DNA from: Candidatus Bathyarchaeia archaeon
Lineage (GTDB): Archaea; Thermoproteota; Bathyarchaeia; Bathyarchaeales; Bathycorpusculaceae
Direction: 5' to 3'
Assembly (NCBI GenBank): GCA_049516875.1
Contig: JBEKSS010000001.1
Span: 320,001-384,000, forward strand
DNA: 64,000 nt
The position numbers and the translations under genes were made by a program. Within the stretch, counting starts at the first letter, position 1. Each line of letters starts with the position of its first letter. Positions 50,963-61,082 of this stretch are shown here, piece after piece. A model generated the notes under the pieces. It searched no databases and was not told the origin of the DNA. It was given only the letters and a program-made list of their open reading frames with translations.

Positions 50963-51299
50963 GCGCGCGCTTCTTTGCGCGCGCGATAGAACTTGTCTCT
51001 GCTGAGATGGTTTCTTAATCCTTCAAATCCCCGTTTCAGGAGCTTCGAGTCGTTCTTTGTCACATTGAAGCGCGCGCAGCATCTCTATTTGCTTTCAACT
51101 GGCGAAGTTGGGGGCGCTGTGGGAAGGCTGCGTGGGGGGGAGTAGCAAAAATGTTTGCAGCCTTCGCTTGCGCTCTTTCTCCCTTCTCCAATACTATTAC
51201 GAGTGCAAGGTGAAAAAGCTTTTCTCAAAGAGAAGCTGCAGTTTTGTATAGATTGATTCAAACACTTGGTGAAAGTCAACAAAGAGTGCGCGTTTGGCG

Positions 51300-51449
51300 C
51301 TAAGACGGCTTGCCGATGCTTGCCAACTCATCGGCAACATCGTTTAGCCCCAGTTCTTCGAGTTTGGCTCTTGTTGGCCAACCTGTTTTTACATCCCAGC
51401 CACGCAGCTCATGGTACCTGTCTTTAAGTGCTTCAAATTTAGCCTTATC
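51300..51449 (-). pseudogene. AOR C-terminal remnant
   Basis: Manual translation DKAKFEALKDRYHELRGWDVKTGWPTRAKLEELGLNDVADEL, compare the C-terminus of 11021-12952. Confidence 0.8.
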
Positions 51450-51552
51450 TCTCGATCGCGGAAGATTCACTTTTTATAACGTGCCCGCGCTAAGCTTTGT
51501 TGGAGTTTCCAACAAATATGAAACATAAAATGGGTTTTGTTGCTTGAACGAC

Positions 51553-51933
51553 TTAACTGGTCTCTGTGTCTTCCAGACTTGACGCTTCAGCCATTATCTC
51601 GGCGTCTTTGACGCTTGTCTTTCTGTTTGTCGCCTTCAGAACCATTCGTGCTCTCCATCCGCATTCTCCGCATTCAAACTTTGGCGGAAGTATCCCCATG
51701 TTACCCCACAAGTCGCCACTCATGGCTCCTACCCTACGAACCTTGGGACTTTTGCACTCTGGACAGATTTGCACATCAACGTATTTGCCCTCCTTCTCAA
51801 GCTCGTCCAAAACCTCAACTAGCTCATGGAACGTGTAACTCTCAAGCTTCTCTTCTTCGAGAGGGACAGACTGCTTCCTTTTCTTCTTCTGTTTTTGTTT
51901 TTGAAGCTCTTCTTCTTCCACAGAAAACTCCAC
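51553..51933 (-). CDS. Hypothetical Zn-ribbon protein
   Basis: CPECKS...PKFECGECGW. Confidence 0.65.
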   Translation of the reverse strand: MEFSVEEEELQKQKQKKKRKQSVPLEEEKLESYTFHELVEVLDELEKEGKYVDVQICPECKSPKVRRVGAMSGDLWGNMGILPPKFECGECGWRARMVLKATNRKTSVKDAEIMAEASSLEDTETS

Positions 51934-52366
51934 TCAACTGCCACTTAACTAGAGATGGAACGAATGTGATAAACATTCCTTCGGTGCACGACGTTGCGTT
52001 CACACGATTTCAGATGCTGGTTGGACAAAACTTCACCCCAGAACCCAAACCGTTACGTAAGTCGGCGAAACTTCTTAACGTCTCCGTTGAGCGCGTTTGT
52101 GGATGCTTGTTACTCCACATTCTCTAAAAAGGTGTTAATAAGGTGGCAAGACAGAGTGAAGTTAAGACTAGCAGTTTGATTGAAAAAGGAAAAACTAGGA
52201 AGAAAAGACGATGAAAAGATCTGCCAAGAAACTAGCGAGAAAGAAACGATTCTTAAAAAGAATGAAGAACAGAAGAATGTGGAAACACGGAAAGAAACCC
52301 CTGAAGGCCTGAAAAATGGGCCCGTCTACTCACTTTGTTTTTTCCATTTAACCCGCGTTTTTGGGC

Positions 52367-52768
52367 TTATTTTTCAATCATCGTTGGATGAACAAGTTGG
52401 CGACAGTGAGGGCAATGCACCAAAGCCTTGGTTCCACTCGACCTCCAATCCTTGTGGCAGAACGGGCATCGATACCACACGACCTTCCCAGGCAGAAAAA
52501 TTCGTTGTACGCTCAAGGCATACAATATGACCCCTGAAATGAGCATAACATCGCCTAAAACGACAAGGTATACAAGTTTGAATTCGAGACTACGAACAGA
52601 ACCCAGGTTTTCCGTCCAAAGAAGCGTTAGAAAAGTTGAAAAAGGCTCTCTGGCCGACGAAACCTGCGGCCAAGTCTTCCAAAGCGTAGCCAAAAGGGCA
52701 GCCATTCCCACTAGACATAAGAGTAGACTGAGGGCATACGCGGACTTCTGCCTACGAAGAACCTTCAT
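52367..52768 (-). CDS. Two-TM membrane protein with C-terminal Zn ribbon
   Basis: Two hydrophobic segments then CPFC...CPHC. Confidence 0.6.
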   Translation of the reverse strand: MKVLRRQKSAYALSLLLCLVGMAALLATLWKTWPQVSSAREPFSTFLTLLWTENLGSVRSLEFKLVYLVVLGDVMLISGVILYALSVQRIFLPGKVVWYRCPFCHKDWRSSGTKALVHCPHCRQLVHPTMIEK

Positions 52769-53130
52769 CTTGAACTCTCTGCTTCAGCTCTGCCACTCTT
52801 GTTTTATTAGATTTATGAAGCCTATGTACAAACAACAAATCTATATTCGACCGACCCGACAGTCTTGAAATACGACCTGATTCATTGCCACTTTGTCAAT
52901 GGACCAGTGAGACAATCATGGGAGAAAAAGTACCCATCAGCTTTGAACTGAACTTCGAATGACACCAAAGAAAAGCGTGGTCACACCACGCACCCGACAG
53001 TTCGCAACTGCCATCCAAAAACTATATTTCCAACATTGCACACCCTCATGCAATACAGTTGTACATAATGGGGCTGTGCTGGCTCCGAGAGATTCTGTGA
53101 AAAGGATGGCTGAGTGAGGTTGTGCTCCGA

Positions 53131-54096
53131 ATGATTCCGGTTGAAATCTCTGACGTCAGAAAATCGTACGGCGATCTGAAGGCCGTTGATGGAGTTTCCT
53201 TCTCGGTTAACGAGGGCGAAGTTTTCGCTCTTGTCGGCCCGAACGGCGCGGGTAAGACAACGCTGATAGAGATAATGGAAGGTTTGCGGAAACGAGACGA
53301 AGGTGCGGTAAAGGTGCTCGGTCTTGATCCGTGGGAAAACAGCTACGTGCTCCACAGGAGAATCGGGGTGATACCCCAGGACTTCACGTTCTTTGACAAA
53401 GCAAACCCGAGGGAGGCGGTGAAATACTACGCAGATCTCTTCGGTGTCACCGTTGACCCAGACGCGATCTTGAAAGAAGTCTTGCTGGACGATTCAGTCC
53501 GTGTCCTCTTCGAGAATCTTTCAGGAGGGCAAAAGCAGAAGATGGGTCTCGCGCTCGCGCTCGTGAATAACGCTGAGCTTCTGTTCCTCGACGAACCAAC
53601 CACGGGACTTGATCCGAACGCGAGAAGAGCTGTCTGGGACGTGATAAGGGGGTTGAAGAGTAAGGGCAGGACGGTGATTTTGACCACTCATTACCTTGAT
53701 GAGGCTGAGCAGCTTTCCGACAGAGTCGCCATCATGAATCACGGACATGTAGTGGCCATGGGAACCACTGAAGACATCATTGAAACTCACGGTTCGGGCG
53801 AAAGGCTGGAAGTCCACGGAACAGAGAAGCTAGCTGCCTACGTCAGGGCCAACACGGATCTGAAGACTGAATACAACGGCAAGGGTTTGATTAGCATAGC
53901 TATCAATCAAAAACACGATGCGTTAGCAGCCTTAACGGCCATCGAGCAGTCAGGGCTCGACTGGCATGATATTCACACACGCCGTGACAGTTTGGACGAC
54001 GTTTTTGTCAAACTTGTGAGCGGAACGATTGATGAGCACGGCGAGATCAGAGTTGAAAATGTAAGTGATAATTCACGTAATCAGCGGAGGCGCTAG
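53131..54096 (+). CDS. ABC exporter ATP-binding subunit
   Basis: GPNGAGKT, LSGGQ, LDEPTTGLD. Confidence 0.92.
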   Translation: MIPVEISDVRKSYGDLKAVDGVSFSVNEGEVFALVGPNGAGKTTLIEIMEGLRKRDEGAVKVLGLDPWENSYVLHRRIGVIPQDFTFFDKANPREAVKYYADLFGVTVDPDAILKEVLLDDSVRVLFENLSGGQKQKMGLALALVNNAELLFLDEPTTGLDPNARRAVWDVIRGLKSKGRTVILTTHYLDEAEQLSDRVAIMNHGHVVAMGTTEDIIETHGSGERLEVHGTEKLAAYVRANTDLKTEYNGKGLISIAINQKHDALAALTAIEQSGLDWHDIHTRRDSLDDVFVKLVSGTIDEHGEIRVENVSDNSRNQRRR

Positions 54097-54101
54097 GACG
54101 A

Positions 54102-55196
54102 ATGCCAAGTGCAAGAAGAATCGTGTCTGACCTTCGCGTATTCGGTCGCGGATACCTAAGAAATGCGGCAGGACTGTTCTTCGGCCTAATTTTCCCAGTC
54201 ATCCTCATACTCATCTTCGGCGCCATTTTCCAAAGCGGCTTTTCCGGCACGATAACACTCTACGTTCAAAACCACGACACTGGCCCTGTCTCCAACTCTT
54301 TCCTAGGCAACCTTACCCAAACAGGCACGGTTAGCCTGGTAAATGTGAGTAATTCTGAAAACTTTTCTCAATACCTCTCAGCTCATTCTGCCTCCGACGG
54401 AATAATCATCCCCGCAGATTTCTCGGCGAACTACATCAACGGCACGCCCTTCAACGTGACACTCTACGGCAACCCCACCCAGAGCTCCAGCCAAGTCGTG
54501 AGCGGAACGGTCAATGGAGTAATAAACGGGTTTAACCTTGGACGTTACGGCGGTTCACCAATCATCGGCGTAACGCAGACTACAGCCAACTCTCAAGTGA
54601 CCAAGTACATCGATTTCCTAGTTCCAGGCCTCATCGGTTTCGCGATACTCATCAGCCCCATGTTTTCCCTCGTAAACATATCCTCCGAGTACAAGAGAAT
54701 AAAACTCTTCAAACAGCTGTCGTTGACTCCGCTTACCAAGATGGAGTGGCTAGCCTCCAAGGTACTTTTCTACATCCTCCTCTCATCGGCGTCATTCTTG
54801 TTGATGACTGCCGTGGGCGTCATCGCTTTTGGCGCACACATCGCGCTCTCACCGTGGCTGGTACCGTTCCTAGTGCTGGGCCCGATGTTCTTCGCTTCGC
54901 TGGGCATGCTGGTGGGAACCATCTCAAAGAGCACCGAAACAGCCAGCGTCGTCGGAAACGTCATAACCTTCCCCATGATGTTCCTCTCCGGCACCTTCTT
55001 CCCAATCAGTCTCATGCCCACGTACCTGCAGGCTTTCGCACACGTCCTGCCACTGTTCTACATCGTCGACGGACTCAACGGCGTCATGATATACAACAAC
55101 TATGCACAGGTCACACTGGACCTCGTCGTGGTCGCGGTAATCACTGTTGTTGCCTTTGTAGCAGCAGCCAGACTATTCAAGTGGAGAGAAGACTAG
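54102..55196 (+). CDS. ABC-2 type permease with large extracellular loop
   Basis: YIDFLVPG, FLSGTFFP. Confidence 0.88.
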   Translation: MPSARRIVSDLRVFGRGYLRNAAGLFFGLIFPVILILIFGAIFQSGFSGTITLYVQNHDTGPVSNSFLGNLTQTGTVSLVNVSNSENFSQYLSAHSASDGIIIPADFSANYINGTPFNVTLYGNPTQSSSQVVSGTVNGVINGFNLGRYGGSPIIGVTQTTANSQVTKYIDFLVPGLIGFAILISPMFSLVNISSEYKRIKLFKQLSLTPLTKMEWLASKVLFYILLSSASFLLMTAVGVIAFGAHIALSPWLVPFLVLGPMFFASLGMLVGTISKSTETASVVGNVITFPMMFLSGTFFPISLMPTYLQAFAHVLPLFYIVDGLNGVMIYNNYAQVTLDLVVVAVITVVAFVAAARLFKWRED

Positions 55197-55263
55197 CCTC
55201 AGAAACAAGCACCCACTAGTCGTCGGATCAAGTTGAGCAGAGACAAAACAAGATAAGATTTTC

Positions 55264-55998
55264 TCAGCCAAGGCCTTTGTTTCCAAACAGACCTTGGTGG
55301 GTGAACGCCTCCGAATCACGGCGCACTCTCAGGCTTTTAACCGGTGCAGAGACGGGGTATCCCAGACGGAAGACAAAGGCAGTCTTCATGTATTCAGGGA
55401 CATTGAGAATTCGCTTCACCTCTTTCTCCACGGGGTTCGCGCTGAAGACACTCAACACCTGAACGCTAATCCCCAAAGACTGGGCCATGAGCCACATGTT
55501 CTCCATAACACAACCCAGGCTCATAATTCCCAAAACATCCCCCTCTGAAGCAGGAGCCCTCTTCCTAGCATCATAAACCACGATCAGCAGCACCGGACTA
55601 CCTCTAATCCTCTGGTTCAGGGGCGAAGGCCTGCTCTCACGAACGGCTTTGTCCAGCCTAGTAGGGTCCCTCCAATCGGACGGAAACACGGTGCCGAGGA
55701 TTCCAACCTTCTTTTGAAGTAACTCCTCTTCCGAGAACGAGAGCTGCTGATAGTTCTCTCGGATGAACGCTTCCGAAACACGAGATTTTATGTTTCCTAT
55801 CCTTTCCAGAAGCTCTTTATCATCAACGACGAGGATCTCGAAGTTCTGCATGTTGTGAGGTGTTGGCGCCCAACGCGCCGCCTCGATGATCTGCCTCAGG
55901 TTCTCCTTAGCCACTGGGTGATTCCGGTCGAAAGGAACTCTTGTGGACTGTCTTTGCTGGATGATTTTCAGGAGATCAGTCATGACGATCATGTCCAT
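55264..55998 (-). CDS. Nitroreductase family protein
   Basis: RQSTR, WAPTPHNMQ, ENMWL, RLGYP. Confidence 0.85.
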   Translation of the reverse strand: MDMIVMTDLLKIIQQRQSTRVPFDRNHPVAKENLRQIIEAARWAPTPHNMQNFEILVVDDKELLERIGNIKSRVSEAFIRENYQQLSFSEEELLQKKVGILGTVFPSDWRDPTRLDKAVRESRPSPLNQRIRGSPVLLIVVYDARKRAPASEGDVLGIMSLGCVMENMWLMAQSLGISVQVLSVFSANPVEKEVKRILNVPEYMKTAFVFRLGYPVSAPVKSLRVRRDSEAFTHQGLFGNKGLG

Positions 55999-56010
55999 CC
56001 AGCACGCGTG

Positions 56011-56757
56011 TTAGGAGTTTGCGTCGGCTCTTCTCTTCATCCAGTCGTGTGCAAGAATTTCTGCTTCTCCGCTTTCTATTCCTTCCAGTATCTTCTGCGC
56101 CACATATTCTGCGGTATCAGCTGGAAACGGGCCGGTGCCTTCTTGTTCCCTTTCATCAGGAATGGAGTCTTTAATGGTGTTTTTCTCGAAATTTGTGAGC
56201 GTCATGTACGGGTACACGACGCTGACGATGATGTTGTCTTTCTTTAATTCTTCCCTTGCAGTCAAGCTAATGCTGGCAAGCGCTCGTTTTAACGATGAAT
56301 ATGCGCCGTTTTCCGGCAAATACATCAGCGCAGTGCCAGAACTGATGTTGATAATCGTTCCTCCACCCTGTTTCCTCATGATGGGGATGACTTGCTGCAT
56401 GGCAACAAGAGGGCCGACCACGTCTAAGTCAAAAATACGACGAAAAGTGTCAACGTTAGTCTTCTCTACCGGAGCATCATATCCCTGACCCGCACAATTG
56501 ATTAGAACGTCAATCCTCCCCAAGTGCTCCACCGTTTCCGTAATCATCCTTTCGATTTCAAAAACCTTTGTCATATCAGCGGGAACTGCCAACGAGTTCG
56601 GAAGCTCAGCTGACAGTTGCTCCAACCTCTCCTTTGAGCGGGAGACAAGAGCCAGTTTCGCGCCTTGCTTAGCAAGAAGTCTCGCGGTCGCAAGACCGAT
56701 ACCTGAAGAAGCGCCAGTGACAATAACAACCTTATCTCGAACGTTCACAAAAACCAC
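56011..56757 (-). CDS. Short-chain dehydrogenase/reductase
   Basis: TGASSGIG, INCAG, NISS, YSSLK. Confidence 0.9.
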   Translation of the reverse strand: MVFVNVRDKVVIVTGASSGIGLATARLLAKQGAKLALVSRSKERLEQLSAELPNSLAVPADMTKVFEIERMITETVEHLGRIDVLINCAGQGYDAPVEKTNVDTFRRIFDLDVVGPLVAMQQVIPIMRKQGGGTIINISSGTALMYLPENGAYSSLKRALASISLTAREELKKDNIIVSVVYPYMTLTNFEKNTIKDSIPDEREQEGTGPFPADTAEYVAQKILEGIESGEAEILAHDWMKRRADANS

Positions 56758-57018
56758 TCCTTACTCTTCGGCCCGTACCGGTCTCCTTGACTTCACAGCT
56801 TCAACAACAAAACCCGTGGACACAATTCCACCGCATTAGACACGCCGCCAAGAACTATAAAAGAATTCCTTCTTCAAACCCAAAAACGTGCAGCGCACAC
56901 CCCAACCCCAAAGGTCCATGAACCCGTCACAAACCAAAGCAAAAGCCAAACTCCAAGAATCCAGCACGCCCCAAACTCACGACCCACCTCCAACAAACAC
57001 GAGCAGACGTCATCACCC

Positions 57019-57064
57019 TTTTGACACTCAAAGAAATCACGGATTGAGCACTCAAACACAAGGA
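57019..57064 (+). repeat. Single copy of the double-palindrome repeat
   Basis: TTTTGACACTCAAAGAAATCACGGATTGAGCACTCAAACACAAGGA. Confidence 0.85.
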
Positions 57065-57075
57065 TTGCGCCGTGT

Positions 57076-57978
57076 TCATGTTTTCTTGGGTTCGGGTGCT
57101 TTCAGCTTGAGGATGTCTGCGATGTTGGCTTTGGCGTCTATCTTGGGGGTGATTTTTCCTGTGCGGGACGTGAAGAGTGTGGTTACTCCGGGTCCGTGGC
57201 CTGCTGACACGCAGTTTGTGTGGACGACGATGCCGACGGAGACGGCGCCCTGTCTGTAGATTCGCCCGAACGAGTGGTCCGCGTCCGTGATGGCCACTAG
57301 GTCGCCTAGCCTTAGGCTGTCGAGCTTGTACTGTTTTATGGCTTTTTCGTCGAAGAGCTGGATGTCGTAGTCTCCGGAGTACGTGTTGTCTGAGCCGAGT
57401 CCTGAACCCATGATGGCGGCTGGAACCACATGCGTCACCGGTACCTCCAGCTTGTCCGCTTTCCCTTTGGGGTTGAGGGCTTCGAGGAACCGCGGATCCA
57501 TGTTCATGACGGTTACGTCTCGGAAGTCCAGGAGCTTCAGGCCGACGCCGTAGGCTTTTACGAGGAACTTATCGCCGAGCATCAGCTTCTCCATGACTTT
57601 GGGCTGAACGTCCACGAGGACGTGTTCTATGCCACCGTGCTTGCCCGTGACGACGCCCTTGGCGCCCTTCGCCTCGCCCGTGACCACGATGGCCTCGTTT
57701 CCAACGCATGAAAGCACGTTGAACGCGACGTTCGCGCCCTGCCCGAACCGGACATCGTTCTCCTTGTTCTCGACACTCACGCCGGGCTCTACGTGGTCAG
57801 CCTCCCACCCGCAGGCCGGATCGCCAACTCTTACGTTGTAGGTGATGCCGCCGACGCCGGGCAAGACCAGGGGGTGGCCCTGAGCGGAAATCCTGTAAAC
57901 ACCCCTGCCGAAAACTGGGCTGACTGCCTCACCGAAAACGGAAAGTTTGACCAGCCTGTCAACGTTGGTCCTCAGCAT
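57076..57978 (-). CDS. DUF4438 family protein
   Basis: PGVGGITYNV, DHVEPGVS, GKHGG, GSGLG, GHGPG. Confidence 0.7.
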   Translation of the reverse strand: MLRTNVDRLVKLSVFGEAVSPVFGRGVYRISAQGHPLVLPGVGGITYNVRVGDPACGWEADHVEPGVSVENKENDVRFGQGANVAFNVLSCVGNEAIVVTGEAKGAKGVVTGKHGGIEHVLVDVQPKVMEKLMLGDKFLVKAYGVGLKLLDFRDVTVMNMDPRFLEALNPKGKADKLEVPVTHVVPAAIMGSGLGSDNTYSGDYDIQLFDEKAIKQYKLDSLRLGDLVAITDADHSFGRIYRQGAVSVGIVVHTNCVSAGHGPGVTTLFTSRTGKITPKIDAKANIADILKLKAPEPKKT

Positions 57979-58169
57979 CAACACATTCCTCCCGTCAGAG
58001 TGACTGCATCCATAAGTGGAGGCATATAAGATTTGGCGCGCATCGCGAGGAGGAAAGGCTCTTTTGTGCTCTTTATCTGGTGTTAGCAAGTCTTAAATTA
58101 GACCTTATCTTTTCTGTTGAGTGAACTCAAATCTCTTCGAAGCATGAGTTGACTGCGTGGCTGAACAAC

Positions 58170-58757
58170 ATGTCTGAAATCGGGTTAAGACCTAAGATGC
58201 TGGTCAAAGACGTCATGAGCAGCCCAGCGATAACTATAGAAGAAAACGCGTCTGCAAACCGTGTCGCAAAGCTTATGGAAAAACACGATTTGGGCTGCGT
58301 AATAGTGACCTCCAACGATGGAAAACCAATCGGAATAATAACCGAGAGAGATCTCGTCCTGAGAGTGCTGGCCAAGAACGCCAAGCCAGACACGCTCGAG
58401 GCCAAGGAAGTCATGACGTCGCCTCTTATCACCATAGAGCCTGACGCGACGATAACCGAGACGGCTAGAAGAATGAGCAGGCTGAACATTAGAAGGTTGG
58501 GAGTCGTGTACAGGGGGCAGCTCGTCGGCATAATCTCGAGCAAGGACGTGCTCGGCGTCATGCCTGAACTGCTTGAAACGATCCAGGAGAAAGCCCTCAT
58601 AGAGAGCGAGAACATGGCTGAGCAGGAGCACGAGGAATCCGCTCCGCTTGCGGGTAACTGCGACCACTGCGGAGTCTGGTCCGACAGCCTGACAGAGGTC
58701 AACGGCGAGTTCCTCTGTGAAGACTGCAAGGTTGAGCTTGAAGAGAGCGAGGAGTGA
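58170..58757 (+). CDS. CBS-domain protein with C-terminal Zn finger
   Basis: VKDVMS, GIITERD, CDHCG...CEDC. Confidence 0.88.
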   Translation: MSEIGLRPKMLVKDVMSSPAITIEENASANRVAKLMEKHDLGCVIVTSNDGKPIGIITERDLVLRVLAKNAKPDTLEAKEVMTSPLITIEPDATITETARRMSRLNIRRLGVVYRGQLVGIISSKDVLGVMPELLETIQEKALIESENMAEQEHEESAPLAGNCDHCGVWSDSLTEVNGEFLCEDCKVELEESEE

Positions 58758-59548
58758 GAGGAGATCTTTTGCGTGTCAGAGAAATCATGGATGGAAAGCA
58801 TCCGGCCATCTACATGGATGAGCTCGCCACAAAAGCCCGTGCGATGATACGCGACTTCAACCTTAGAATTCTGCCCGTGACGGATGGGGACAAGAGGCTG
58901 CTTGGAAAAGTTTCCAGGCGCGACGTGATGATCATATCCTCGTCCAAGTCTTCGATTCTTGTCAAGGGATTGATGACCGCTGCAAAGCACGTGGCAATGG
59001 TCGATGATGACGTGATGGCAACGGTTAAGACCATGCTCAGAGTGGACGTGTGGTGTGCGCCGGTTGTCACCTCATCTCAGGACGGAACTTACCGGGGAGT
59101 GTTGGGGCTGGAGAGCTTCATAGAGAAGCAGATCGAGACGAGTCCTGAAAAGTTCGCGACAGAGGTCGGGGAGATAATGACCAGGGACGTTGTGACGTGT
59201 TCGCCGGAAGACGGGGTTGAGCGCATCTGGCGCCTGATGCAGGAGAGGCGTTTCGCCGGTCTGCCGGTGGTGAAGAACGGCAAGCTGGTGGGCATCGTGA
59301 CGCACAAGGATCTGCTGCAAAGCGGCGCTGTTCTGCCGACGTTTGAGTCTAAGAAGGGACGTTTTTCGCCGAGAATCTCGTCGGTGATGAAGGCGAACCT
59401 CGTGGCCGTGGAACCTTCGGTGAAGGCGATTAGGGTGGCCAAGGTTATGGTTTCCAAGGACATTGGAAGAGTTCCGGTTAAAGATGAGGGCGGCAGGCTT
59501 GTGGGTATTGTTGACCGCGAGGACATTGTTCGCCTGACGGTGAAATAG
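58754..59548 (+). CDS. Four-CBS-domain protein
   Basis: Repeated LPV...LVGIV...D. Confidence 0.88.
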   Translation: MRGDLLRVREIMDGKHPAIYMDELATKARAMIRDFNLRILPVTDGDKRLLGKVSRRDVMIISSSKSSILVKGLMTAAKHVAMVDDDVMATVKTMLRVDVWCAPVVTSSQDGTYRGVLGLESFIEKQIETSPEKFATEVGEIMTRDVVTCSPEDGVERIWRLMQERRFAGLPVVKNGKLVGIVTHKDLLQSGAVLPTFESKKGRFSPRISSVMKANLVAVEPSVKAIRVAKVMVSKDIGRVPVKDEGGRLVGIVDREDIVRLTVK

Positions 59549-59559
59549 GGGGAGAACGT

Positions 59560-60468
59560 TTGAGCAGGGAGGGTTTCAGGAGGAGGATAAGGGGGAGGGG
59601 TCCCATGGACTTGAAGGTTCATCGGGCGAAGAAGCGTGACGGCGAAATCTTGACCGTGGCGAAGAGTCCGGTTGTGATGGTGGCGCCGACCACGCCGGTT
59701 TACGATGCGATTCAGTTGATGGCGAAGAAGGGTTTTCGTCGGTTGCCGATAGCCAACGCGGGAACCAGGCATTTGGAGGGGATAGTGACGGCCATGGACA
59801 TCGTTGACTATTTGGGCGGGGGCAGTAAGTTTGAGATGGTTCGGCGGAGGTTTGGTGGGAACTTTTTCAAGGCGATTAACGAGCCGGTAAGGCTGGTGAT
59901 GACACAGGACGTGGTGTCGGTGAGGACGTCTGCGAAGATAAGCGAGGCGATTGGGAGGATGAAGGAGTCGAACTTGGGCGGGTTGCCGGTGGTGGATGAT
60001 GAGGGCAGCGTGAAGGCGATAATCACTGAACGGGACATTGCGAACCTTTTCGCTGACAGGACGAGCGGCGTGAAAGTCGCAGAGCTGATGTCGGAAAAAG
60101 TTATCACGGCGTTGCCGAAGACGACGATTTTCGAGGCGGAGAGGACGATGGCGACGCAGGGCTTCAGGAGGCTGCCGATAGTGTCGGACGGCAGTGTGGT
60201 GGGTATAATAACGGCGATGGACATCGTGCGGTTCTTCGGCTGCGGAGAAGCGTTTGCCTATCTGCGTTCTGGGACCATAATACAGGTTCTGAACAACCCT
60301 GCGCTTGAGATAGCATCGAAGACGGTTGTAACGGTGGAGCCGGACTTGGATGTGGGACAGGCGGCGAAGGTTATGCGGGAGAAGAACATTGGCGCCATGC
60401 CCGTTGTGCAGAACGGAAAACTCGTTGGCATAATTACGGAAAGAGACTTTTTCAAGATAATCGAGTGA
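59560..60468 (+). CDS. Four-CBS-domain protein
   Basis: GFRRLPI twice, GIITERD. Confidence 0.88.
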   Translation: MSREGFRRRIRGRGPMDLKVHRAKKRDGEILTVAKSPVVMVAPTTPVYDAIQLMAKKGFRRLPIANAGTRHLEGIVTAMDIVDYLGGGSKFEMVRRRFGGNFFKAINEPVRLVMTQDVVSVRTSAKISEAIGRMKESNLGGLPVVDDEGSVKAIITERDIANLFADRTSGVKVAELMSEKVITALPKTTIFEAERTMATQGFRRLPIVSDGSVVGIITAMDIVRFFGCGEAFAYLRSGTIIQVLNNPALEIASKTVVTVEPDLDVGQAAKVMREKNIGAMPVVQNGKLVGIITERDFFKIIE

Positions 60469-60502
60469 ACCGTTTCCAATAGCCTGTGAGGCTTCAGATG
60501 CT

Positions 60503-60711
60503 CATGTTGGGTTTCGAGTCCTTGTGTTTGAGTGCTCAATCCGTGATTTCTTTGAGCCTCAAAACATTGTTCTAGCATGTTGGTTTGAAGCTTTTTTACT
60601 CAATTCCGCGAGGTTTTTGAGTGTCAAAAGTTTCGGCATGCTGAGTTTCTCATGTTAGAGTTGGCATTCTTGTGTTTGAGTACTCAATTCGTGATTTTTT
60701 TGAGGCTCAAA
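60503..60711 (-). repeat. Tandem array of the double-palindrome repeat (two good copies plus a degenerate middle copy)
   Basis: Reverse complement ACAATGTTTTGAGGCTCAAAGAAATCACGGATTGAGCACTCAAACACAAGGACTCGAAACCCAACAT and TTTGAGCCTCAAAAAAATCACGAATTGAGTACTCAAACACAAG. Confidence 0.85.
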
Positions 60712-60785
60712 CAGGGTTGACGTGAAAATAGATATATAAAGCTGCATGTTCATTGTTGTTGTAGGATGGTTTAGGAGTAAGAAGG

Positions 60786-61082
60786 TTGCCGTTTAAGCGT
60801 AAGAGTCGTGGTAGGTCTAAGGGTGGTAAGGGCAGCAGCGGTTCTGTTCAGTGTGCCAGTTGCGGAGCGATGGTGCCGCGGGACAAGGCGAAGAAGGTTA
60901 CGAAGAGGCTTTCTTTCGTTGATTATGCCTTGGCTAAGGAGTTGCGGCAGAAGGGCACGTACATTGCCGTGCCGTCTGACACGAAGTACTACTGCGTCTC
61001 ATGTGCGGTGCACCGCGGAGTCGTGAAGGTTAGGGCTGAGAACGAGCGTCGCATTCGCACGAGGCCCGGAAGAAGATTTTAG
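60786..61082 (+). CDS. rps26e: 30S ribosomal protein S26e
   Basis: KRKSRGRSKG, C..CG..VPRDKA, YCVSCAVH. Confidence 0.95.
   Translation: MPFKRKSRGRSKGGKGSSGSVQCASCGAMVPRDKAKKVTKRLSFVDYALAKELRQKGTYIAVPSDTKYYCVSCAVHRGVVKVRAENERRIRTRPGRRF

Noticed and set aside
56870-57010. C/A-skewed low-complexity stretch next to the repeat copy
   Set aside because: No periodicity or second copy found; ORFs across it look spurious.
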